64,000 nucleotides of DNA. Source: Desulfurococcaceae archaeon (GTDB lineage Archaea > Thermoproteota > Thermoprotei_A > Sulfolobales > Desulfurococcaceae). Made by a program: the position numbers and the translations under genes. The stretch is from NCBI GenBank assembly GCA_038888155.1, contig JAWAJB010000004.1, positions 64,001 to 128,000 on the forward strand. The letters are read 5' to 3'. Shown here one piece after another: positions 20,159-28,229 of the stretch. The notes under the pieces are model-generated. The model saw nothing but the letters and a program-made list of their open reading frames with translations, made no database searches and had not been told where the DNA came from. The stretch's first letter is position 1; each line of letters starts with the position of its first letter.

Positions 20159-21028
20159 CTAGATTAATACTTCTATGTCTAGGGCTCGTACCAGTGTATT
20201 GTACGTGTTTCTGATAGCAACATCTGTTTGTCCAACAACGTTGCCCACTTCCAGCTGATTTCTCCTATCGCCTGTTAGTATTCCAGCTAGGTAAACAGCA
20301 GCTGCAGCAAGGCTGACGGGGCTCTTTCCGCTTAGGACGAAGTTGTCCTTGATGTTTGCAACTATTTCGTTAGCTAAGGCGGCTACTTCTGGGGATAGAT
20401 TCAGCTTAGTGGCTATGTAGTTGATATAATATCGCGGTTCAATAGACTCTGGCGAAAGCCTTGCTGAATTATCGCAGTCCCTAATTTTTCTAATACCTTC
20501 CCACAAGTCGCTTTCGCTCATGCCTATTTCGCGAGCGTAAACTCTAGCTGGCCGCGGGTAGCCGCATATCTTGTAGGCCAAGTACAGCGATGCCGCAACC
20601 ACTCGCTTGAGCGTTTGTTCCTTTATATTTAAGCTCTTTATAGTTTTCTGCAGAATCTCCCCAGCAGTCTCGCTAACAGCCTTGGGAGGCTTTAAGTGCT
20701 TTATTAAATCGTTAAGCTCTTTGAGGGCTTTAACGACTTTTCTATCCTCCTTGGTCATTCTAGCATCTATGTTTCTAGCGACCCAGGTTCTACCTTGCTT
20801 AATGTGAAAGCGGAGACTTCCTGAAATTTCGGTGCTTCCTACTCCATGGTCATGAACTCTATGAGTAAATGACCCGCTGTACCTTGGCAGGAAATCCTCT
20901 TTGTTAAATCCCTCAGAGCCCTGGTAGATGGGTTTGTCGTCAATTACCGTTCCGCATTGAGAACAAACGTAGGCCTGCAACTCGCTGTCAAACACTACGT
21001 TCATCATTTTGCAGGCAGGACATTGCAT
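20159..21028 (-). CDS. tfb2: Transcription factor B paralogue (TFB2-like)
   Basis: CPAC/CSQC Zn ribbon, VHDHG, two cyclin folds, SGKSPVSLAAAAVY. Confidence 0.85.
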   Translation of the reverse strand: MQCPACKMMNVVFDSELQAYVCSQCGTVIDDKPIYQGSEGFNKEDFLPRYSGSFTHRVHDHGVGSTEISGSLRFHIKQGRTWVARNIDARMTKEDRKVVKALKELNDLIKHLKPPKAVSETAGEILQKTIKSLNIKEQTLKRVVAASLYLAYKICGYPRPARVYAREIGMSESDLWEGIRKIRDCDNSARLSPESIEPRYYINYIATKLNLSPEVAALANEIVANIKDNFVLSGKSPVSLAAAAVYLAGILTGDRRNQLEVGNVVGQTDVAIRNTYNTLVRALDIEVLI

Positions 21029-21037
21029 GGCGCTCGA

Positions 21038-21316
21038 TCACCTCCTTCCTCGCTTTTTCGGCTTTCTTGGCGAAATTGCGCAATATAGAGTCTCCTTACG
21101 CGAAGCTACTAGCTCCCCTAGGTCTCGATTGTACAATCTCACAACAAGTCGCGGATCATCAATGCGGCCGATAACATCAACGACGACACCAATAGAGTGC
21201 CCGCCACCATTCTCTACTGACAAACCAATAAAATTGAGCACGTCCTTGATGTACGGTTTAACTATTAAGAAGCCTTCATGAGTGTAAGACTCCGTAATGC
21301 CAAGAGTAATTTTCAA
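21038..21316 (-). CDS. gar1: H/ACA RNP protein Gar1
   Basis: IGVVVDVIGRIDDP motif, basic tail, upstream of tfb. Confidence 0.8.
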   Translation of the reverse strand: MKITLGITESYTHEGFLIVKPYIKDVLNFIGLSVENGGGHSIGVVVDVIGRIDDPRLVVRLYNRDLGELVASRKETLYCAISPRKPKKRGRR

Positions 21317-21560
21317 AGGTGGGTATCACCTCACGTGCCCAACCTCTAGGTAATACCTGGATCTTTATTTAAGCCATGTAGTTATTCAAGTCATTTAGGT
21401 ATCATTTGTTGAAGCTATGACTTTATTTAATCAGTGACGTACATGTTCGCGTAACACATTATATCAATAATTTTTGCCAAACGTTAAGGTGCGCGAAGGA
21501 AGTTAGACGCAGTTGATTGTCTCATTATCACTCTTCGGAGGAAGAAAATACCAATACGAC

Positions 21561-21875
21561 CTATCGCTTATCTAAGCCCTCATTATACTTCCTGTACTCT
21601 TTAAGTCCTCTGGCAATGCAGTAAAGCGTTTTTAGCTTGCTTCCCTGTTTATTGACAGAAATCCTTCCTCTAAGTGGCGTATATCTTGGGTGCGCCTTAT
21701 CGTGCTCTAAGATAGGATTCAGCCCAAGATCCTCGCAGACTTTAAGCAACTCTTCTAGTGAAGTACTGGGAATTGCTAGGTTTAATGGCACCTTTCTGCC
21801 CTTCTGCCTACTCAAATTCGCACTAAAGTAGTTCGGGTAAACATATATTCGACTAGCCCTATGATCTCTGCTCAA
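21561..21875 (-). CDS. srp19: Signal recognition particle protein SRP19
   Basis: VYPNYF..LSRQKGRKVP, KAHPR, SKLKTL. Confidence 0.92.
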   Translation of the reverse strand: MSRDHRASRIYVYPNYFSANLSRQKGRKVPLNLAIPSTSLEELLKVCEDLGLNPILEHDKAHPRYTPLRGRISVNKQGSKLKTLYCIARGLKEYRKYNEGLDKR

Positions 21876-21901
21876 CTAAAAGAGCACCAACAACGCGCAT
21901 T

Positions 21902-22285
21902 TTATTTCTGCTGAATTAAAATCCCGTTTAAGACGCCGTGTTGTCCAGGCCTCGATGTAATCTTAACAAGTCCAAGCTCTGTTTTAACAACAGAGCCTCG
22001 AGATATTATCTTGAACTTAGAGTTCTGTGGGTTTTCGGGGGTCTCAACAACGTCGAGGAGCTTAGTTCTCTTAATTTCTCCACCTATAGCTACATTTATA
22101 TACGAAGATGCTTTCAGCCTAACCTTAATGTTTCCTCCATAAGCTCTAATAGTCTCTCTTTCCTCTTTAGCTGCTAGGCTTGTCTTAGTTGGAGGAGAGC
22201 CTAGCTCGTATTTTCTCTTGCCCCTGTGCTCATGTTTTTTGCCACCAGATGGTTTTTTCAAATCATTGCCCTGGTAGTACGACAT
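21902..22285 (-). CDS. rps8e: 30S ribosomal protein S8e
   Basis: YQGNDLKKPSGG, KRKYELG, TSRPGQHG; start set at ATG 22285. Confidence 0.96.
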   Translation of the reverse strand: MSYYQGNDLKKPSGGKKHEHRGKRKYELGSPPTKTSLAAKEERETIRAYGGNIKVRLKASSYINVAIGGEIKRTKLLDVVETPENPQNSKFKIISRGSVVKTELGLVKITSRPGQHGVLNGILIQQK

Positions 22286-22374
22286 AGTTTTAACACCACC
22301 TGTTACTATCAACAGTTAATTACAGGTTTTTAAGTTAAAATAATTGGGGGACGTTTGCTAGAGGAGCTAACAAC

Positions 22375-23190
22375 ATGCTGGACTTTAAAGAAGTAAGCGG
22401 GAGAATTATCGCTAATTTGTTCAGGGCATCAATAAAACCTATATACAAAGTTTATGAAAAGTTGTTGTGGATGCAAATAAGGAATGGCCCGTTTCCTCGA
22501 CACATTGGTATAATACCGGATGGAAACAGGCGCTGGGCACGCGAAAGAGGTTTGAATCCATCCGCAGGACACCTGTTTGGGTATGAGAAGATAAAAGAAG
22601 TTTTGAAGTGGCTCTGGGAGCTGCGAATACCGTATGCTACAGTATTTGCGATGAGCACCGAAAATTGCCTGTATAGGAGCCTCCCCGAGCGGGAAAACTT
22701 GTTCACTTTAGCGAAAAAAGGTTTTAACGAGCTGTTATCTATGCCAGAGCTACACGAAAACAAAGTTAGAGTCCTCGTCGTAGGTAAATTTGATTACATA
22801 CCAGATGACTTGAAGGAGCTCGTTAAAAAACTGACAGATACGACCAGTTCATATGACCAGTACTTCCTCACAATAGCTCTATGCTATGGTGGAAGACAAG
22901 AGATAATTGACGCAGTAAAGAGGATTGCTGCAGACGTGGAGAGGGGGGCGCTGAAGTCTAACGATGTAGATGAAGAGATATTTTTGAAGTACTTATACAC
23001 TGGTGAAATACCAGATCTTGACCTAGTAGTAAGAACTAGCGGAGAGGAAAGAATAAGCAATTTTCTCCTATGGCACTCAGCTTACAGCGAGCTTTATTTC
23101 TGCGATGCATACTGGCCTGAGTTCAGGAAAATAGATTTCTGGAGAGCAATAAGGAGCTACCAAAGAAAGGAGAGGCGCTTTGGACGCTAA
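22375..23190 (+). CDS. uppS: cis-prenyltransferase (polyprenyl diphosphate synthase)
   Basis: IPDGNRRWA, STEN, RTSGEERISNFL. Confidence 0.95.
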   Translation: MLDFKEVSGRIIANLFRASIKPIYKVYEKLLWMQIRNGPFPRHIGIIPDGNRRWARERGLNPSAGHLFGYEKIKEVLKWLWELRIPYATVFAMSTENCLYRSLPERENLFTLAKKGFNELLSMPELHENKVRVLVVGKFDYIPDDLKELVKKLTDTTSSYDQYFLTIALCYGGRQEIIDAVKRIAADVERGALKSNDVDEEIFLKYLYTGEIPDLDLVVRTSGEERISNFLLWHSAYSELYFCDAYWPEFRKIDFWRAIRSYQRKERRFGR

Positions 23191-24104
23191 TTGTCTTCTT
23201 TAAGGTCTTCTACGCTTCCGTACATTATTTTAAGCTCCTCTATAGTGAGCCTCTTCTTTGAGCGCTTCTCGATCTCTGTTGCGACCTTTTCTTTCTTTAG
23301 ATTGAGCGTTTCAGCAGCTTTAGCTTTTTCAAACATCTTTAACAAACTTTGGTAGTTCTGCCTCAAGGCGTTAAGCTTAGAAGTTAATAGTGTTATCTCA
23401 TTATTGCACTGCTCAAGCTCTTTCTTTTTTGACTCCAGCTCTTTTTTAACCTCATTATAGCGCGAGATTGTGCTGTTTACTTTTTCCTTAAGTTTGTCGA
23501 TATTTTTACTTAGCTCGTCTATGTTTTCTTTAAGCTTACTAGCCTTTTCTGAAAGTGATCCAACCTCCATCTTCAATGAAATGTAGAGTGCCCTTAACTC
23601 TTGGGCCTCCTCTTTACTTTTCTTGGCCTTATTTAATTTGTCTAGGAGCGCGTTGTACGCTCTCAGCTTCTTAATTAGCTCGTTTTCACGCTCTTGCGTT
23701 AATATGTTGGTCTGAATGGTCCACTCTATTTCTTCTACTTTCTGCTTTAGAACGCCGATAGGAATTTTTACCTCTTGTTTAACGCTCTGCCACTCAATTG
23801 TTTTCGTATTCATGAGCTCCCTTAAGGACTTTATCTCCTCTATTTTCGTTTTTCGCTGGTTGAGGACCTCCTTTAACTCAGTTATTAATTTTCTGCGGGC
23901 CTCAATTAGTTTACCTAGCTCGCCTTTAATACTTCTTATGTCCTGGAGGAGCTTGAGTTTCTGCTCTCTTAGCTTCCGGATATCTGATATTAAGGCGAGC
24001 CTTTTTTCTTTTAGGATCTTAATTGATTCACTTGTCTTGAAAAAAAGCTGGGAAATCTCATTCGCTTCCTTGGAAAGCTCTGCCGCTGTTTTACCATTAA
24101 TCAT
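23187..24104 (-). CDS. Conserved archaeal coiled-coil protein
   Basis: Heptad repeats throughout; IEWTIQT.LT..RENEL and KRLTIEELK motifs. Confidence 0.8.
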   Translation of the reverse strand: MINGKTAAELSKEANEISQLFFKTSESIKILKEKRLALISDIRKLREQKLKLLQDIRSIKGELGKLIEARRKLITELKEVLNQRKTKIEEIKSLRELMNTKTIEWQSVKQEVKIPIGVLKQKVEEIEWTIQTNILTQERENELIKKLRAYNALLDKLNKAKKSKEEAQELRALYISLKMEVGSLSEKASKLKENIDELSKNIDKLKEKVNSTISRYNEVKKELESKKKELEQCNNEITLLTSKLNALRQNYQSLLKMFEKAKAAETLNLKKEKVATEIEKRSKKRLTIEELKIMYGSVEDLKEDN

Positions 24105-24108
24105 CTGA

Positions 24109-24828
24109 TTAGAGCACCTTACCTAATATGACCCTGACGTCAACAGCTATAGCGCCCTGCTGGTATACAATTATAGGGTTTAAATCAACGGACTCTATTT
24201 CCTCTAGCTCTACGAGCATTTTAGACGTCTTAGATATTATATCTGCTATTGCTTTCTTATCTGCAGGGGGGAGGCCCCTATACCCGTTCAGTATTTTTGC
24301 TGTTTTAATCTCCTCGATCATCTCAAGCGCTTCCTCGAATGTGACAGGCGAAATCCTAAATGAAACGTCTTTTAATAACTCCACGAATATTCCGCCTAGG
24401 CCGAACATAATTGCTGGACCGAACACGTGATCTCTTATCCCGCCAACGATTACCTCTAAGCCAGCTGGCGCCATTTTATACATTAGAACTCCTGAAATCC
24501 TAGCGTTGGGCACTTTACTGGGCACTACTGTGAGAATTTCCTCTACCGCTCTTTTAGTGTCATCTTTATTCATTAAACCTAGCTTTACTCCACCTACATC
24601 GCTTTTATGGGATATGTCGGGGGAAACTACCTTTAAAGCTAGTGGATAGCCTATGCTGTCTGCCAACTTGTGAGCTTCGTCTGGTGTCCTCACCAAAATA
24701 GCGTCTGGTGTAGGTATACCGTAGTACTTTGCTAGTTCAAAGGCCTCGTGCTCCAGGAGTTTATTCCTACCTTCCATGACAGCATATTTAATTATATCTT
24801 TAGGGGACATGGAAAACCTCCTAAACAT
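24109..24828 (-). CDS. ADP-forming acetyl-CoA synthetase beta subunit (ATP-grasp)
   Basis: LLEHEA, KVVSPDISHKSDVGGV, FGLGGIFVE, DLNP. Confidence 0.93.
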   Translation of the reverse strand: MFRRFSMSPKDIIKYAVMEGRNKLLEHEAFELAKYYGIPTPDAILVRTPDEAHKLADSIGYPLALKVVSPDISHKSDVGGVKLGLMNKDDTKRAVEEILTVVPSKVPNARISGVLMYKMAPAGLEVIVGGIRDHVFGPAIMFGLGGIFVELLKDVSFRISPVTFEEALEMIEEIKTAKILNGYRGLPPADKKAIADIISKTSKMLVELEEIESVDLNPIIVYQQGAIAVDVRVILGKVL

Positions 24829-25293
24829 TCTTCACTTTAATATAAAATACCAAGAGCTTTTAAGTACTTTATTAAGGGAAAAGATCGTTCAAAGAAATAG
24901 GGTAACGAAATACATATTCTCCCCAAGAGTAAAATCCCAGTGGAATAAGGGCATAGAGCTGTCCAGCTTGGGTGTTTCGTCCCCACCATACTCATTTGAC
25001 TGGCTTTACCAATGTGGGGGCTCTAAAATGTGCTCTCTTCACACAATAGAGAAGCTTGTTTTTAATAGAATTTATTTAGTTAATCTGCGCTGTATAGCCG
25101 CGGCAACTTAAAATATGAAACACGCTTAGCTCAGCTTTAGCTCAAGTCCCTGTGTGCTGTAGATTCCCCTTCCTGTTGATTGCAACGGTGTCTAACGATG
25201 TAGTGAAATGCCCCTTTGTAATGTCAGAATATTAGAAACTTCAACGCTTAAATTAGTTATTGGTACTATAGTTGCGATTAAAGGTGAGGGCGC

Positions 25294-25845
25294 TTGGTTA
25301 CTTACCTAGAGCTATTCCTAGAGTTCTTGAAAGTGGGTTTCCTCCTTTTCGGTGGAGGCTACGGAGGAATAGGTGTTTTTTACAGAGAGCTCGTTGAGGA
25401 GAAAATGTGGATAAGTGAGGAGGAGTTCCTGAACATACTCGGCATAGCCGAGAGCACCCCAGGACCTATAGCAATAAATGCTGCAACGTGGATTGGGTAC
25501 ATTTTAAGAGGAGTACCTGGATCTCTTTTGGCTACTTTCGCTGTTATTTTACCAAGCTATATAGTTATACTTGGTATTGTGGTAACACTCAAGCCGTACA
25601 TGGAGCACTGGGTAGCCAAGGCAATATTTCGCGGTATAAACGTTGCAGTTGTTGCAATAATATTGTATGCTCTCATAAGGTTGTCTAGCTCGGTGATTGT
25701 CAAGGGCGGAAGTGTTGATGCCGTAGCTTTAACTCTATTCTTGGCCCTTTCTTTGCTGATATTGACGATAAAGCCGAGTCCTATTGTAGTTATTGTGCTG
25801 GCCTCAGTAGTAAGCCTACTAGTTAAACTGCTTATTGGACTATAG
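25294..25845 (+). CDS. Short-chain chromate transporter (CHR family)
   Basis: FGGGYG and ESTPGPIAINAATWIG motifs; about five TM helices. Confidence 0.9.
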   Translation: MVTYLELFLEFLKVGFLLFGGGYGGIGVFYRELVEEKMWISEEEFLNILGIAESTPGPIAINAATWIGYILRGVPGSLLATFAVILPSYIVILGIVVTLKPYMEHWVAKAIFRGINVAVVAIILYALIRLSSSVIVKGGSVDAVALTLFLALSLLILTIKPSPIVVIVLASVVSLLVKLLIGL

Positions 25846-26022
25846 GGGTTAACGTACTCGCGAGGCGAGCAGAGTTAAGTAATCACAACATATATTTGAC
25901 TGGCTACGAAGTGTTCTTGGCTAATGCATGACGGAAAGCCCCCATGTAGAATGGGCCCAAGCGAAAATAAGTAACAGAGGGCTCCTGCTACCAGGGAGAA
26001 TAGACATCCCGCAAATTAGCGC

Positions 26023-26078
26023 CCTTCAGGCTTCGGGAGAGTCTTCACCTCTCCGTTTTCGACAAAGTCATCATCAGG
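26023..26078 (-). ncRNA. Box C/D methylation guide sRNA
   Basis: Minus strand reads cctg ATGATGA ctttgtcgaaaa CGGA gag GTGAAGA ctctcccgaagc CTGA agg: four boxes, two 12-nt guides, terminal stem. Confidence 0.9.
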
Positions 26079-26150
26079 CTTGAAGGCATCATTATTTAAT
26101 ACAGGAAACAGCGCTTTATTAATTGGCAAATTCGCTTTAAGGATGCTCTA

Positions 26151-26660
26151 TTGGTGCTTCTTATGACACAACCAAATATGTTTAAATGTGTTAAAGAAAA
26201 CCAACGCTTCGCGTGCGACGAAGGCATTGCTACGGTCCACTCGGATACAGTAATAGAGTTGAAGTTTGACTCTCCGGCTTACGTTCTCTTCGCTCACATA
26301 CCAAAGGAAACGGTAATATGCTCTGGGTTAAGTTTCCAAGTTCACATCTGGGGCAACAACAAATACACCTTATGGGAGTTCCCAAAGGGCACTAATTACT
26401 GCGCGGTTTTCAGAGACGTTTTCTTGGACGAATGCGTAGATAGGCTATTCGTTGTTTCTAGTGCTCCAAACGCTTGTAGCAAATTGGCGTTTTCTTCCTG
26501 CGAGAAAGCGCTGCTCAGTGCACTACATAGAATTGGTCTGCCCCTTTTCATTGCGGTAGGTAGCTTTACCTACCATGAACTTCAACCTAACATCTTAAAA
26601 CACAACTCAGAAGAGGAGTGTCAAAGAAAAATAAAAATGCTTATAATGCGCAGCGATTAA
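26151..26660 (+). CDS. Hypothetical Cys-rich protein
   Basis: 169-aa ORF upstream of tatD; no motif recognised. Confidence 0.55.
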   Translation: MVLLMTQPNMFKCVKENQRFACDEGIATVHSDTVIELKFDSPAYVLFAHIPKETVICSGLSFQVHIWGNNKYTLWEFPKGTNYCAVFRDVFLDECVDRLFVVSSAPNACSKLAFSSCEKALLSALHRIGLPLFIAVGSFTYHELQPNILKHNSEEECQRKIKMLIMRSD

Positions 26661-26693
26661 AATTCTGCTTGAATTACTAGAGGTCCTAATAAG

Positions 26694-27419
26694 ATGATTA
26701 TAGACATGCACGTTCACTGCACAGAATTGAAGGATATCGGCAAATATGCAGGTAAAATAACCCTCGTATGCGTAGCAGATGATCTCCAGTCTAGCAGAAA
26801 CGTTGTTGAGCTCTCCCTTAAATACCGACACGTCGAACCGTGCGTTGGCATACATCCCTGGAATGCAGATAAGTACAGTGCACAAGAAATGAAAAGCCTA
26901 TTTGAACAGTATATTAAAAGCGGCAAGGTAAGGTGCTTGGGGGAAGTGGGTTTAGACAAAAGAACTAGGCATGATACGCTTAATAAGCAACGCGAGCTTT
27001 TTGATCTCACAGTATCATACGCGAAGGAATACGATTTGGTTTTAAACCTGCATGCCTCAAACGCGTGGAGAGAAGTATTCGATGTCGTGTACTCTTCGGG
27101 AATAGATAAAGTGTTTTTTCATTGGTACACAGGACCCTTGGATTTGCTACACTCAATTCAAGAAGTTGGTTACTACATAGGGGTTAACCCTGCCTGGAAA
27201 ATACAACCTAAACACAGAGTGATTGCAGATCTCGCCGAGATAAAGAACATAATTACCGAGAGCGATGCTCCCTACAATTACAGGGAAATTACTTTGGCTC
27301 CAGAATTAATCGAAGAGACCTTGAACTACCTCTCTTATTCAAGGGGAATAGAGCTCTATAGTTTAGTGAACTCTATATACAAGAACTTTACGAGCTTATT
27401 TGGAAATAGAAAGAACTAG
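26694..27419 (+). CDS. tatD: TatD-family hydrolase
   Basis: DMHVH, GIHPW, GEVGLD, FHWY, TESDAPY. Confidence 0.93.
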   Translation: MIIDMHVHCTELKDIGKYAGKITLVCVADDLQSSRNVVELSLKYRHVEPCVGIHPWNADKYSAQEMKSLFEQYIKSGKVRCLGEVGLDKRTRHDTLNKQRELFDLTVSYAKEYDLVLNLHASNAWREVFDVVYSSGIDKVFFHWYTGPLDLLHSIQEVGYYIGVNPAWKIQPKHRVIADLAEIKNIITESDAPYNYREITLAPELIEETLNYLSYSRGIELYSLVNSIYKNFTSLFGNRKN

Positions 27420-27420
27420 T

Positions 27421-28080
27421 CTACTTACTAATTAAACTTAGAGCTTCCAATATTAGCTCTCTTATTTTCGCGATGTCTTCAAGGAGCTTGTTGTACTTTG
27501 CAGATATCTCTGCTCTATCCCTTGAAATGCTCTCTACTTCTTCTTTTAGTTTCTGTATGGTTGCTTCCCTCTCTGCCATTGAGCCTCTTAGCGCCTCTAG
27601 TTCCTCTCGGCATTGATAGAGTCCCTTGATCTCTTCCTCGAGAGCTCTGTTCTGTTCCTTCAACTTCTCCACTTCAAGTTTCAACAGCGAGAGCTCTCCG
27701 CTAGTATCAGTTTCAGCGGCCTTGACAAATGGTATAGCTAGCTTTAATTCCCCTCTCTTCAGTTTTTCATACGTCTCGGCTACTAGTTTACCTACCCTCG
27801 TTTTTTGATTTAAGTGCCCCTTTACAGTTAACTCGGACCTACCTAGTTCCTCCGAGATCTGGGATATTGGTATGCCGGCCTTGTACCTAGCAAAAGCTGC
27901 CGCTGCTACGCCTAAGCTATCTATCCAAGTGGATCTCTCGATAGGATCATTAGCTAATTCTAGTACTTCTGGTCTATAGAGCGTTCCCACTATTAAAGCC
28001 ATCTCCAGCTGACTAATTTCCCTTTTTCCCAGGGGCTTAGTTGGTATATTGCTGAGATCTATTAATGCTTGTCCTTGCAC
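27421..28080 (-). CDS. COG1318-type HTH regulator (KaiC-associated domain) with coiled-coil tail
   Basis: ERSTWIDSLGVAA..KAG..ISQISEELGRSE.T..HL. Confidence 0.75.
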   Translation of the reverse strand: MQGQALIDLSNIPTKPLGKREISQLEMALIVGTLYRPEVLELANDPIERSTWIDSLGVAAAAFARYKAGIPISQISEELGRSELTVKGHLNQKTRVGKLVAETYEKLKRGELKLAIPFVKAAETDTSGELSLLKLEVEKLKEQNRALEEEIKGLYQCREELEALRGSMAEREATIQKLKEEVESISRDRAEISAKYNKLLEDIAKIRELILEALSLISK

Positions 28081-28229
28081 AGAAGCTACACCTAAGAGGG
28101 GTTTCTATAGTACAAAATCCGTAGTATATTATTTGCTAGAGATAATTAAAAATGTTAAAAACTCGAGTGTTGCCCAATAAATGAAGCCCCCAAACAAAAT
28201 ACTTCGAAACTAAAGCTCGTATATAAAAC

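Noticed and set aside
24965-25005. Hammerhead-like TGAG...GACGAAAC on the minus strand
   Set aside because: Core reads CAAATGAG rather than CTGATGAG, and stems II and III do not form.
24776-25111. 111-aa plus-strand ORF
   Set aside because: Starts antisense inside the acetyl-CoA synthetase gene, crosses its promoter and has no recognisable motif.
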